Source: an uncultured Trueperaceae bacterium
GTDB taxonomy: Bacteria > Deinococcota > Deinococci > Deinococcales > Trueperaceae
Assembly (NCBI GenBank): GCA_963799485.1
Contig: CAWCXJ010000006.1
Location: 288,001-352,000 of the forward strand
DNA: 64,000 nucleotides
Direction: 5' to 3'
In this document: positions 34,371 through 44,419 of the stretch, one piece after another
Numbering within the stretch: the stretch's first letter is position 1
Layout of the letters: each line of letters opens with the position of its first letter
Notes under the pieces: model-generated
What the model was told of the DNA's origin: nothing
The model's database searches: none
What the model saw: the letters and a program-made list of their open reading frames with translations, nothing else
Position numbers and translations under genes: made by a program

Positions 34371-34956
34371 CGCGCAGCGCCAGAAACGCTGCTACTGCGA
34401 GCCCGAGCAGCACCAGCACGACGACCTCGTAGGTTCCAAACAACTCCGCCAGCACGTGCCAGTTTTTCCCCAACAGCGTTCCGGCGTAGAGCCAAATTAC
34501 GTTCCACAGGGCTGTGCCGAGGGTGATGAAAAACGAAAAGCGCGCGAGCGGCATCGGTTTGATGCCGGCTGGAACCGAGATGAGGCTGCGAACGGTAGGA
34601 ATCATCCGGCTGAGGAGCAGCGCGGTATTTTCAAAACGGTCGAACAGCCCCAGCGTCCGCCCCAAATCGTGTTCGGAAACGAGTGCGAACCGTCCGTAAC
34701 GCCGTAAAAAACCCCGTACCCGCCGTTCACCGACCCATCTGGCTGCGCCGTAAATGGCAATTTGTCCGACGACCCCGCCGAACGTTCCGGCAAGCAGCGC
34801 GCCGACAAAACTCAACTCGCCCTGAGCGACCAAAAATCCGGCCAGCGGCATCACGAGTTCGGGTGCGGCGATGGTCATCACCAGGGCAATGCCGCCGTAA
34901 CCGAACGCACCGGTCAAGGCGGTAATGAAAGTCAAGAGGTTGGTCAGGCTGCCCAC
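34342..34956 (-). CDS. DedA family membrane protein
   Basis: PELVMPLAGF, RMIPTVRSLISVPAG. Confidence 0.9.
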   Translation of the reverse strand: MGSLTNLLTFITALTGAFGYGGIALVMTIAAPELVMPLAGFLVAQGELSFVGALLAGTFGGVVGQIAIYGAARWVGERRVRGFLRRYGRFALVSEHDLGRTLGLFDRFENTALLLSRMIPTVRSLISVPAGIKPMPLARFSFFITLGTALWNVIWLYAGTLLGKNWHVLAELFGTYEVVVLVLLGLAVAAFLALRVRSRLVHPG

Positions 34957-35055
34957 ACGTCATCTTAACGTGTAAGTTGTTTGCATTTTGTGTAGACGCG
35001 GTACAGGTTCTGCGCGCCGGTTTAGCTGCTTGGGCCAGCTGCCGGGGTCGGCTGC

Positions 35056-35640
35056 TCAGGGGCTGAGGTGTTCGGAAACGCTTTTGGCGGTGTGCTCGAG
35101 CCACGCCCAGCGCGTATATTCCATCTGCACGTCAACCCGTCCCCCACTCGTCAGCAACCTGCGCTTTTCGTGAAAGCCGACCTTTTTGAAGGCTGCCTGC
35201 GCGCGTTCGTTGTCACCGAAGGTGCTGAGTTTGACGCGCTCTAAGTCGAGCGTCCCGAACGCGTACTCTAAAAGTGCTTCAACCGCCTCCGGGCCGAACC
35301 CCCGGTTCCAGTGGCTCCGCTCCCCGATGATGATGCCCAGGGTCGCCTGGTCGTGCCGAATGTCGTAGAGTTCTATCGTCCCGATGTAGCTTGCTTCACC
35401 CCCCGCCGCTACCGCGGACGTGTCGAAAATCCCGTAAGTTTCGCGGTCGCTCCGGCGGCTGTCGGCGCGGAGTACCCGGCGGAGTAACCATAAGGGCATC
35501 CGGCTCGGGGGCGTCCCGTTGAGGTGCGCGATTTCTGGGTCGCGGAAGTGCGCGTGAACACGCCGCCACGCCGCATTGTCCAGCTCACCCAAGGGTTTAA
35601 GCACGACGCGTCCGCGCCTTAAAGGAGTCATCGAGGTCAT
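35056..35640 (-). CDS. RimJ/RimL-type GNAT acetyltransferase
   Basis: WNRGFGPEA, NERAQAAFKKVGF. Confidence 0.88.
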   Translation of the reverse strand: MTSMTPLRRGRVVLKPLGELDNAAWRRVHAHFRDPEIAHLNGTPPSRMPLWLLRRVLRADSRRSDRETYGIFDTSAVAAGGEASYIGTIELYDIRHDQATLGIIIGERSHWNRGFGPEAVEALLEYAFGTLDLERVKLSTFGDNERAQAAFKKVGFHEKRRLLTSGGRVDVQMEYTRWAWLEHTAKSVSEHLSP

Positions 35641-35850
35641 TTTATCGTTTTGCAGTGTACAACGTGGGTACCCTAACCCCTCATTCCGGGGTTTGGTTGC
35701 AGAAACCGACAAAGTCTTGTGAGCGCGCTTTTCGTCTACCTGGTGAGTCTTGACGACACTAGCCCTACTGTCCCCCTTCTTTCGGTTTGCAACCTTGCCG
35801 TAAACCCGATTTGCAAACTGCCATGCTATTCTGACCAGGGGAGTTTTCTG

Positions 35851-36732
35851 ATGAAACGCACGTTGTCTCTGTTACTTTTACTCTGCGGTTTGGCGTGGGC
35901 GCAGCCGCTCAGCGTGGTCGTGTCCATGCAACCGCACTTCGCGCTGTTACAGCAGCTCGTCGGTGACGCTGACGTGGTGGTCACGCGCATTTTGCCACTC
36001 GGCGCGTCGCCGCACACGTTCGACCCGTCGCCGCGGGATGTGGCGCGTATCGCTGCAGCCGACTTGGTAGTCTTAAACGGAAGTATCGACGAATGGTTAC
36101 GTGACCTGGTTACCGCTGCGGATACGAACGTCGAGGTCGTGGAGCTGCTTGCGACACTCAAGTTCAAACCTATTACCGAAGATGCGGGCGAAGCTGAAAC
36201 CCTTGACGGCGGCGTCAACCCGCACATCTGGCTCGACCCGCTGCTGATGGCGCAGGCCGTGCCGGAACTTGCCGACGCGCTCGCCCGGGCCGACCCGAAC
36301 AGTGCCGAGCTTTACGCTGCCAACGCCCGGGTGCTGGTAGAAAACCTGAAAAAGCTAAATGTTGACCTCGAGCAAACCCTCGAGCCTGTTAAGGACGCGC
36401 CGTTCGTCCCCTTCCACGACGCCTGGCCGTACTTCGTGCGGCGTTACGGACTCAATCAGGTCGCGATCATCGAACCGGCACCGGGCCGTGAACCGAACCC
36501 GGGCTACCTCGCCGAGGTGCTGGCACAGATTGAAACAACCGGCGCACCGGCAATTTTTAACGACGCGCAACTCCCTGCACGTCCGGCTGAAATCATCGCG
36601 GCGTCGGCGGGCATTGCGCTCTATACCCTCGACCCCGAAGGCGGCGGGGCAGGTGAAGATGAAAGCTATGAAGCGCTTATGCGGCGTAACGCAGACACCA
36701 TCGCCGAAGCCCTGGCCCCGTCGTCACCGTAA
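35851..36732 (+). CDS. Zn/Mn ABC transporter substrate-binding protein (ZnuA-like)
   Basis: Signal peptide, SPHTF, NPHIWLDP, FHDAWPYF. Confidence 0.92.
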   Translation: MKRTLSLLLLLCGLAWAQPLSVVVSMQPHFALLQQLVGDADVVVTRILPLGASPHTFDPSPRDVARIAAADLVVLNGSIDEWLRDLVTAADTNVEVVELLATLKFKPITEDAGEAETLDGGVNPHIWLDPLLMAQAVPELADALARADPNSAELYAANARVLVENLKKLNVDLEQTLEPVKDAPFVPFHDAWPYFVRRYGLNQVAIIEPAPGREPNPGYLAEVLAQIETTGAPAIFNDAQLPARPAEIIAASAGIALYTLDPEGGGAGEDESYEALMRRNADTIAEALAPSSP

Positions 36733-36846
36733 AGTGCCGCTGATACCGACTTTGCACCTAGAGACGCGTTGAGCATAGCAACGTCCGGGGTGTGTTCCTG
36801 CTTGACGACACGGCCCCCGACAAGTTCCGGCGTAAACTGACAAGCT

Positions 36847-37581
36847 GTGTCTACGCCCGCCCTTCACTTTCATCATGTCAGCGTCCGTTTCGGTGAGGCT
36901 GAAGTCTTGCACGACGTGTCGTTCAATTTAGACGCAGGCGAGTTTCTGGCGATTGTCGGGCCGAACGGCGCGGGCAAATCGACCTTGATGAAGGTTGCGC
37001 TGGGGCTCGTCACACCGCTCAAGGGACACGCCGCGCTCTTCGGACACGACGCCGGAAGGCACCCGGAACGCATCGGTTACGTGCCGCAGCTGAAAACCTT
37101 CGACCGCACCTTTCCGGCAACGGTCTTGGAGCTGGTCGTCTCGGGGTTGCGCCGGGGCTGGCCTGCAAGGGTGCGCCCCGCTGAGCGGGACGCGGCGCGG
37201 CGAACGCTTGCCGAAGTCGGTGCGGAAAAACTTTTGGGACGCACCCTTGCCAAGCTTTCGGGCGGCGAACTGCAGCGGGCTTTTTTAGCGCGTGCGCTCG
37301 TTCGCCGTCCGGCGCTGGTGTTACTCGACGAACCCGCGACCGGCGTCGATTTTTTAGCCGAACACGACCTCTATGATTTGCTCGAGACCTATCAGCGCTC
37401 GAGCGGGGCCACCGTCGCCATGATTACCCACGACCTGAGCGCGGCGCGGTATCACTCGTCAAGGGTTGCGGTTTTGAACCGGCGTTTGCACGGTTTCGGC
37501 GTTCCCGACGACGTACTCTGTGAAAGCTGTCTGCAAAAAGCCTTCGGTCATCTTGGACACAGCCACGGAATGACGATTTAG
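36847..37581 (+). CDS. Metal ABC transporter ATP-binding protein (ZnuC-like)
   Basis: GPNGAGKST, LSGGELQR, His-rich C-terminus. Confidence 0.93.
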   Translation: MSTPALHFHHVSVRFGEAEVLHDVSFNLDAGEFLAIVGPNGAGKSTLMKVALGLVTPLKGHAALFGHDAGRHPERIGYVPQLKTFDRTFPATVLELVVSGLRRGWPARVRPAERDAARRTLAEVGAEKLLGRTLAKLSGGELQRAFLARALVRRPALVLLDEPATGVDFLAEHDLYDLLETYQRSSGATVAMITHDLSAARYHSSRVAVLNRRLHGFGVPDDVLCESCLQKAFGHLGHSHGMTI

Positions 37582-37610
37582 CGTGGCTGAACCGGTATGA
37601 ATAAACCAAT

Positions 37611-38420
37611 ATGAACGAACTGTGGACGATTTTTCAGCTGCCCTTTATGCAGCGGGCGCTCTTGGCAGGGCTTTTGGTCGCGCTGATGAGTGCGGTGCTG
37701 GGCGTGTTCGTCGTGCAGCGCGGCCTGTCGTTTTTAGGTGACGGGCTCGCGCACGCGGCCTTCGGCGGCGTCGCTCTCGGGCTGCTCGTCGGAGTCAGTC
37801 AACCGCTCTGGGTGGCGCTGCCGTTTACGCTCTTGGCGTCTCTCGGCATTGCCTGGGTACGGGACAAGACGCAGCTCTCCTCAGACACGGCTATCGGGAT
37901 TTTCTTCGCGGTGTCGGTTGCGCTGGGGGTGATTTTTATCAGCCTCGAGACCGGTTACAACGTCGACGCGTGGAACCTCTTGTTCGGTTCGATTTTAGGC
38001 ATCGGCCCTGAAGAACTCCTGATTATCGCGGGTGTCACGCCGCTCGGCTTGGGGCTGTTATGGGCGCTCTGGGGACGGCTCGCCTACGCGACTTTCGACG
38101 CCGAACTCGCGCAGACCGACGGGGTAAAAACCCGCTTGTTGGAATACCTCCTCTTTGCGCTCGCGGCGGTGGTTATCGTCGTGTCGGTGCGGGTGGTCGG
38201 GGCCATTCTCATTGCGGCGTACCTGGTGATTCCGGCAGCGGCGGCGCGGCTCGTGGCGCGTTCGCTTTTTGGAATGACGCTCCTCAGCGTCGTGTTCGGG
38301 CTGCTCAGCACCGTTTTGGGCCTTGTCGCGTCGTTTTTCCTCGAGGTTCCCTCCGGTAGCACTATCATCCTGACGCAGGCGGCGGTGTTTGTCGTGGCTG
38401 CATTTTTTAAGCGGCGCTAG
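37611..38420 (+). CDS. Metal ABC transporter permease (ZnuB-like)
   Basis: FMQRAL, GDGLAHAAFGG, LFGSIL, IPAAAAR. Confidence 0.93.
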   Translation: MNELWTIFQLPFMQRALLAGLLVALMSAVLGVFVVQRGLSFLGDGLAHAAFGGVALGLLVGVSQPLWVALPFTLLASLGIAWVRDKTQLSSDTAIGIFFAVSVALGVIFISLETGYNVDAWNLLFGSILGIGPEELLIIAGVTPLGLGLLWALWGRLAYATFDAELAQTDGVKTRLLEYLLFALAAVVIVVSVRVVGAILIAAYLVIPAAAARLVARSLFGMTLLSVVFGLLSTVLGLVASFFLEVPSGSTIILTQAAVFVVAAFFKRR

Positions 38421-38487
38421 GCGGCGCTACGCTTCAAACACGGCGCAAGACGGCGGCGTAAACTTAGAGGCAGCCTGAGGAGGAGTT

Positions 38488-38685
38488 ATGGAAGCCATGA
38501 GTCGTGAGAAGTTTTTCGAACTGCCGTTAGAAGAGGTTGAAGAGCGTACCGGAATCAAGCAGGCAAGTGAAGACGAAGCCGACTACCGCGAACGCGCCTG
38601 GAAGAGCTACAAGCAAGACGTTGCCAACGAAGAGGAGTGGGGCGGGACCGAAGGCGACAGCGTGCCGCCGCCCGGTGAGCATTAA
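38488..38685 (+). CDS. Small acidic hypothetical protein (65 aa)
   Basis: Strong RBS GAGGAGGAG, TAAACT -10 box upstream, plausible codon usage. Confidence 0.7.
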   Translation: MEAMSREKFFELPLEEVEERTGIKQASEDEADYRERAWKSYKQDVANEEEWGGTEGDSVPPPGEH

Positions 38686-38688
38686 GCT

Positions 38689-38850
38689 TTGACCAAACTC
38701 GGACTGTTTCATACCGCGGCGTCGCACGTACCGAGGTTTACGGCGTTGCTGCACTTGGCTCCGGAGATCGAGGTCGAACACGCTGTCCATGAAGATTTGC
38801 TGGCGGAGGCTCGAGTCCTGAAGGCCACAGTCAGGGTGAGGGCGAGTATC
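38689..38850 (+). pseudogene. N-terminal fragment of an Asp/Glu/hydantoin racemase-like protein
   Basis: LGLFHTAASHVPRF...EHAVHEDLLAEAR, then similarity is lost. Confidence 0.55.
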
Positions 38851-39558
38851 AGCGGCTCTTTTCCAGTTGCCGCGCAAACTTTTCAGAAACGCGGCGCATC
38901 GCGGCTGTAGGGGTCTTCGAGCACCGGCCCGTGACCTACGGCGAGGCGTTTGGGCCTCAAGGCCGTAAGTTTACGGGCACTCTCCAGCGCGGTTGGTTTG
39001 TGCCAGGTTGCCAGCGCAGGCAGCGGAAAAAGGAGCCTTACATCTCCGGCAACGGCGAGCCCTGCCTGCGTCTGAAAGGCGTCTCCTGCTATCAGCGTCT
39101 CGTCCCGCGTATCCCAAAACGCCATATGCCCCGGCGTGTGTCCCGGCGACGCCACTGCCCGTAAACTGCCTACAGCATCACCGTCTTCCAAAAGCCTTGT
39201 CGGACGCGTTTGGACGCCGGGAAAACCGCCGCGCAACTTGTCTTGCGGTTCGCCCGCGTCTAACGTCATATCGCCCGTTAAAAACCGGGCGTCACGGGCG
39301 CTGACGAGGACTTCAGCGTCCGGGTAAAGTGCGTGCAGCGCGTCCAAACTGCCAACATGGTCGATGTGAGCGTGCGTGAGCAGAATCCGGCGGACAGCTT
39401 GCCCCAACTTTTCGGCGGCTTTGGCGATATGCTTTTCGGTACCGGCGACAGCAGTATCAACTACGGTGAGGCCGTCTTCTTCGATGACCAAATACACGTT
39501 AATCAGGCCATAGCGGACGAGGCGGTAGAAGGTGAGGGCTGTGCTGTTTGAGATTCAT
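38849..39558 (-). CDS. MBL-fold metallo-hydrolase with two single-base frameshifts (~39528 and ~38910)
   Basis: THAHIDHVG, PGHTPGH, AGDA, GHG; N-terminus MNLKQHSPHL/YRLVRYGLINVY and C-terminus DP/TAAMRRVSEKFARQLEKSR lie in shifted frames. Confidence 0.85.
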
Positions 39559-39578
39559 AGGCTTCTCCTCGAAGACTT

Positions 39579-39647
39579 ACGGTGTTCACTTTCAACACGA
39601 ACACTGTACACCTTGCGTTCTCGCCTGTCAAGACGTACACTGTTCAC
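39579..39647. promoter_or_regulatory. Putative TetR operator repeats between the divergent genes
   Basis: Three related quasi-palindromes: cggtgttcac, gaacactgtacac, gtacactgttcac; the last overlaps the TACACT -10 box. Confidence 0.6.
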
Positions 39648-39648
39648 T

Positions 39649-40260
39649 ATGCCTTATCCGACGAAATTGACTGCTGAAACCATCTTCGAGGCTGCGCTTA
39701 CGCTTTTTGAGAAGGGTGGCCCGGACGCGCTCAGTATGCGCCCTTTGGCGGGCGCTTTGGGGGTCAGGCCGAGCAGCTTGTACCGCTACTACGCCGACCG
39801 GGATGCGCTTTTAGGGGCGCTCGAGACCCACGCCGCCCGTGAGCTCCACCACGCCCTGCGCGCCGCGACCCAAAACCTCACCCCGGACGAGGCGTTTTTC
39901 GCCGCTGCCCACAGCTACCTGAACTACACCCGCGCACAGCCGCACCTCTACTCACTTTTGGTACGTCCCCGCGAGCCCTACGTTGCCGAACCCGGCCCCG
40001 GCAAAGACCTTTGGGAGGAGGTGTTGAGGGTCGTCGGCGCGGTTACCGACAACTCGGACGACACTGCTGCTACGGTTGCATTTTGGGCGTATCTGCACGG
40101 CTTTGCACTTTTGGAGCAGAGCGGGCAGTTCGGTGAGAGCGGCCCCAAAGGTGGTTTTGAACGGGGTTTAAGGCACTGCTTAGCGGGTTTAAGCGCAGCG
40201 AAAAAGCGTGACGGCAGAGCAGGTGCTTTACTTGGTGACGGGTGCGCCCGGTGCCGGTAA
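39649..40260 (+). CDS. TetR/AcrR family regulator (true end probably 40211; frameshift ~40170)
   Basis: HTH LSMRPLAGALGVRPSSLYRYY and FWAYLHG; the shifted frame gives EALLSGFKRSEKA* overlapping the next GTG. Confidence 0.9.
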   Translation: MPYPTKLTAETIFEAALTLFEKGGPDALSMRPLAGALGVRPSSLYRYYADRDALLGALETHAARELHHALRAATQNLTPDEAFFAAAHSYLNYTRAQPHLYSLLVRPREPYVAEPGPGKDLWEEVLRVVGAVTDNSDDTAATVAFWAYLHGFALLEQSGQFGESGPKGGFERGLRHCLAGLSAAKKRDGRAGALLGDGCARCR

Positions 40261-40725
40261 GTCCACCACGGTTGAGGTTTTGTTGGGGCCCGAGTCCCCT
40301 TCACTTTTTTTGATATCGACTGGTTGGTTGCGCCCGCTTCTGCGCTTTACGGGCGAGATATTCGCTTCGCACCGGAGCGTTGGGCGTTTTACGGCGATTT
40401 GTGGTGGGGCGTGCTGCAGGCCGCCGTAAAGAACGCCCACACACCTGTTTTCTTTTCCCCGGCTGACCCGAACGATTACGGAAACAAAGCGCTGCCAGAA
40501 TGGTGTGGGGGGCTCGAGTGGTTGCTCGACTGTCCCAACGACGTGCGGCTAAAACGTTTACGGCGGCGAGGCTGGCGCAAAGAACGTTTGGAGGAAGCTT
40601 TTCGGGATGCCGATGTGCTGCGTAGGTTGGTTGCGCGGCGCGTCGATACCGCTAGGCTGAAACCTGACGAGGTGGCTGAACAGGTCCTGCTGTGGCTGAG
40701 AGAAACCTCTCAACCACACGTCTAG
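40208..40725 (+). CDS. P-loop (nucleotide kinase-like) protein, frameshifted ~40300
   Basis: VTGAPGAGKSTT, then FFDIDW...RLKRLRRRGW...VDT in another frame. Confidence 0.7.
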
Positions 40726-42537
40726 TCGGCTGCAACCGCTGTGACAAGTTCCGACCAGCGCTCGTCTACCCGTTTTTTGACCTCACCGCTCATCGTAATC
40801 TTCTCCGGCCACTCACGGCTAAACCCTTCTTCTGCGAGCTTAGGTGTGCCGTCTACCGCAAAAACCGGCCCGTGCCCACACTCGAGAATCTGCACGTCGC
40901 GTTCCGGGTCGATGTTGTTTAAGAGCGTCCAGATACAGTCTTCAAAGTCAGCCGGGTCGGTTTCGTCGTCCAAGCACAGCAATCAACCGGACGCCTTCGG
41001 CTTCGGGTTGCGCTGCGGCCCACGCCGCCAACTCTCGGCCTTGTCCTGCACGTTCTTTGTGCGTCGTTAAAAACCAGAAGCCACCCGCTAGCTGGTGTTG
41101 CCCCGCAATATCCGGGTGACCCGGCAGTTCGGCCCGAGTCCGTTCAGTGTTCGGTGTCCAGTCGGCGTTTTCGCCCTCTTCGTCGTGTTTTACGGTACCG
41201 TCTACGATGAGCTTGCTGCCGTAGCTCCACGACCTCGAGGAGTGGTCGAGCACGTCAATCGGCCCCTTGGCAAACTGCGAATCGCGGCCCGGTACGGCGT
41301 TTTTAAGAACCGTCTGCCAGAACTTCAGGTGGTCTTGCGGTTTTACGGGTTCATCCGTGACCAGCAAAACCTTGGCGAACATCATCTGACCCAAGCCGAC
41401 GAGTCCGTTGGCGACCTTGTACGCCTGACCCGGATACTCTTTTTTGATGACCACGTTGACGAGGTTGTGGGCAATCCCGGCAGGCGGCAGGTGATAATCG
41501 ACCAGCTCGGGCATGATGAGCTGCGCGGGCACCAAGAAAATCCGCTCGGAGGCTTCGATAAGGTACGCGTCTTCCATCGGTGGGCGGCCCACGATGGTCG
41601 CCGGGTAGACCGGGTTTTTCCTCATGGTGATTGCCGTCACGTGAAAGACCGGGTAGAGGTCCCGGAGCGTATAAAAACCGGTGTGGTCGCCGAACGGCCC
41701 TTCGGTGCGCCACGGTTCGTTGGGGTCGATGTAACCCTCTAAAATGAACTCGGCGTGGGCGGGAACCTCCAAGTCAACCGTCACGCCCTTGGTCAGTTCG
41801 ATAGATTTGCCCCGTAAAAACCCGGTCAGCGAGAACTCGTTGATGCCCGGAATCGGCGGGATGGGCGCGGTCGCCGCGTAGGTCAGCGCCGGGTCGCCGC
41901 CGAGAGCGACGGCAACCTCGAGCCTCTTGCCCAGATTTTTTGCCTTCTCAAGGTGCCGCGCCCCGGTCTTGTGCCGCTGCCAGTGCATCCCGGTGGTGTT
42001 CTTGTCATACACCTGCATCCGGTACATGCCGATGTTGGTGTCGCCGGTCTCGGGGTCGTTTGAGATGACGAGCGGCAACGTTACGAATGGGCCGCCATCT
42101 TCCGGCCAGCACTTGAGCACCGGCAGTTTGGTCAAATCAACCGCGTCGCCGCGCCAGACGACCTCTTGCACCGGGCCGCTCCGTACACGTTTAGGCGGGA
42201 GCGCCGCGAGTTCTCTCAGTTTGGGCAGGTTCGAGGCCAGGCCGAACAAACCGCCGCCGAGTTTGACATCTAACAGGTCGCGGATGCGGTCGCCGATAGC
42301 GTCCAGACTTGTCGCGCCGAGTGCCAGCGCCATGCGCTCACGCGTGCCGTAAAGTCCGATAACCAGCGGAAAATCCTTGCCTTCGACGTTTTCAAACAAG
42401 AGTGCCGGGCCGCCCGCTTTGACCATCCGGTCGGCGATTTCGGTAATCTCGAGTTCCGACGAAACGGATTCGGTCACGCGGAGCAGTTCGCCGCGTTTCT
42501 CGAGGGCGCTGATAAAACTTTTCAGGTCGGGATACAT
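40722..42537 (-). CDS. UbiD-family menaquinone biosynthesis decarboxylase (MqnL-like), frameshift ~40975
   Basis: NIGMYRMQ, EGPFGDHTGFY, GRPPMED; C-terminus NNIDPERD...DGTPK in the shifted frame. Confidence 0.92.
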
Positions 42538-42672
42538 ACTTTAGGATACGGGTGTGGAGCGCGAGTTTTCGTCTTGTAGCGCCCGGCAAGCGGCTAACAG
42601 GCGTTGGACGCCGCATACAGCTCGCGGACGTTACCCAGACGTTTTTTACGGGCTGTCCGGTAAACTGTAGCG

Positions 42673-43260
42673 ATGGCATCTTCTCCAGCTCCCGCCGCCC
42701 TTATTCTGGCGAGCGCCTCACCGCGCCGCGCCGAACTCTTAACTCGGCTCAACCTTAGCTTCGAGGTCGTGCCCGCCGACGTTGACGAAAGCTTTACGGA
42801 CCAGGACAACCCGTTTGACCTCGTGCGCCGCCTCAGCACTGCCAAAGCCGAGGTGGTCGCACAAGACCGTCCGGACGCGCTCGTCTTGGCCGCCGATACG
42901 GTGGTCGTCTACCGCGATGAGATTATGGGTAAACCCAGAAGTAAAGAGGAAAACTTAAAGTTCATCACGCGTCTTTCGGGGCACACTCACGAAGTTTTTA
43001 CCGGTCACGCGTTGGTGATGGGCGAAAAACGCGCCGACCGAGTGGTGCAGACGGCGGTGCGTTTTCGCAAGCTCTCGGAAGGCGAGACCGAGCGTTACGT
43101 CGAAACCGGTGAAGGACTCGACAAGGCCGGAGGTTACGCCATTCAGGGCTACGGTTCGGCTTTGGTGCGTGAGGTGCGAGGTTGTTACTTTAACGTCATG
43201 GGGCTTAGCGTTCCCAACGTCGTCGAGCTGGCCCAAAGTTTCGGCTTTCAACTCGTCTAG
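42673..43260 (+). CDS. maf: Maf family nucleotide pyrophosphatase
   Basis: LILASASPRR, LAADTVV, DKAGGYAIQG. Confidence 0.95.
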   Translation: MASSPAPAALILASASPRRAELLTRLNLSFEVVPADVDESFTDQDNPFDLVRRLSTAKAEVVAQDRPDALVLAADTVVVYRDEIMGKPRSKEENLKFITRLSGHTHEVFTGHALVMGEKRADRVVQTAVRFRKLSEGETERYVETGEGLDKAGGYAIQGYGSALVREVRGCYFNVMGLSVPNVVELAQSFGFQLV

Positions 43261-43502
43261 ACGCCCCGACGCCTGATGAGAGCAGTTCAGCAGTTCGACC
43301 GGTGAGGTGGATTTGCCGGTTGTGCTGGATTAGCCCAAACGTTTTGAAAACGCCGTGTGCTGCTGGCGGTGCTTTATGTCGGCAGCGGAAGTATCCACGG
43401 GCATGTTAGACGCCCCACCGGGTGCACCCCGCACGTTCGTCTGGGCCGGATTCCGGCAGACAGTGCCGATGTTTACTCGAGCTACCGCACGCCGACCGGC
43501 CC

Positions 43503-43536
43503 GGACGTAGGGGATATCTGGACGTAGGGGATACCT
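43503..43536. repeat. 17-bp tandem duplication
   Basis: ggacgtaggggatatct ggacgtaggggatacct. Confidence 0.8.
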
Positions 43537-43539
43537 GAG

Positions 43540-43671
43540 AGTACCTCGAGCGGCCTTGATGTTGCCGGGGCCTTGCAGCTTGCCCGCGAACTCGGAACAG
43601 GGCACCGCGTGGTTATGGTCATTTGCGATACGGGTCTGAAATATCTGCAAGGCGACCTGTACGAAGTCTAA
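43540..43671 (+). pseudogene. C-terminal remnant of a cysteine synthase-family gene
   Basis: STSSGLDVAGALQLARELGTGHRVVMVICDTGLKYLQGDLY* with no upstream gene body. Confidence 0.8.
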
Positions 43672-43674
43672 ATT

Positions 43675-44418
43675 TTAGTAAGTTGCCGCAGCTTGGGGTA
43701 GCTGGGCGCTCAGGCGGCTCTGGATAATGCTCAAGAGCAGCGGGTCATAAGACAGATAATCCGCGAGCGTAAGCTTCATGTCCGGGTGCTGAGCCTGCGC
43801 CGTAGCAACGGCTTCAGGCAAATCTTCGGCGACGTGACCACCGAGCTGTAAAAAGTACGGCGAGGCGACGATGCGTTTTGCACCCCGCCCTTTTAGTAGC
43901 GTTGCAGCTTCGACAATCGTAGGCGCGTTGATCTCCATAAAACCGAGTTGTGTCTGGGCGTAATATCTTTTTAGCGACGCCGCAACTTTGAAAATCGGCG
44001 CATTAGCCTGTTCGTGAGGGCTGCCGTGGGCCATCAAGAGGAGCGCGTCGGCGTCCGGGTCGGCCTGCCGCGCACGTTTATAGGTGAGCTCAACTAACGC
44101 CGGGTGGTCGTCGAACGCTTCGGCGAGGTGAAAGCGCACGTTTGGATAGGCGGCTTTAGCCTCTGCCAAAAGTTTGGGCAACCCGACAGTGACGTAGTAG
44201 CCGGAAATCAAAAAGTACGGCTGCACGTAGATATGCGTTGCACCCTTATCCACACAGCGTTTTACGGCGTCTAAAAACGTGGGTTTGCTGAAGTTGAGAA
44301 ACCCCGCCGTCGCGATAGGAAAAGCACCCTCTTTACGGAGCAGCGCGGCGAGGCGAATCATCGCTGCGCCTGAGGCTTTGCGTAAGCTTCCGTGACCGAC
44401 TAGAATAGCAGCGTTCAT
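43675..44418 (-). CDS. Sirohydrochlorin chelatase (CbiX/SirB)
   Basis: Duplicated HGS...P.FL..G domains. Confidence 0.9.
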   Translation of the reverse strand: MNAAILVGHGSLRKASGAAMIRLAALLRKEGAFPIATAGFLNFSKPTFLDAVKRCVDKGATHIYVQPYFLISGYYVTVGLPKLLAEAKAAYPNVRFHLAEAFDDHPALVELTYKRARQADPDADALLLMAHGSPHEQANAPIFKVAASLKRYYAQTQLGFMEINAPTIVEAATLLKGRGAKRIVASPYFLQLGGHVAEDLPEAVATAQAQHPDMKLTLADYLSYDPLLLSIIQSRLSAQLPQAAATY

Positions 44419-44419
44419 C

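Noticed and set aside
35785..35820. Zur box upstream of the znuA-like gene
   Set aside because: Two TTGCAA hexamers are present but match no Zur consensus I can support
40948..40982. Programmed frameshift in the ubiD-like gene
   Set aside because: No slippery sequence or stimulatory structure, and it lies within a cluster of likely consensus errors
43330..43650. 106-aa minus-strand ORF
   Set aside because: Shadow of the plus-strand cysteine synthase remnant
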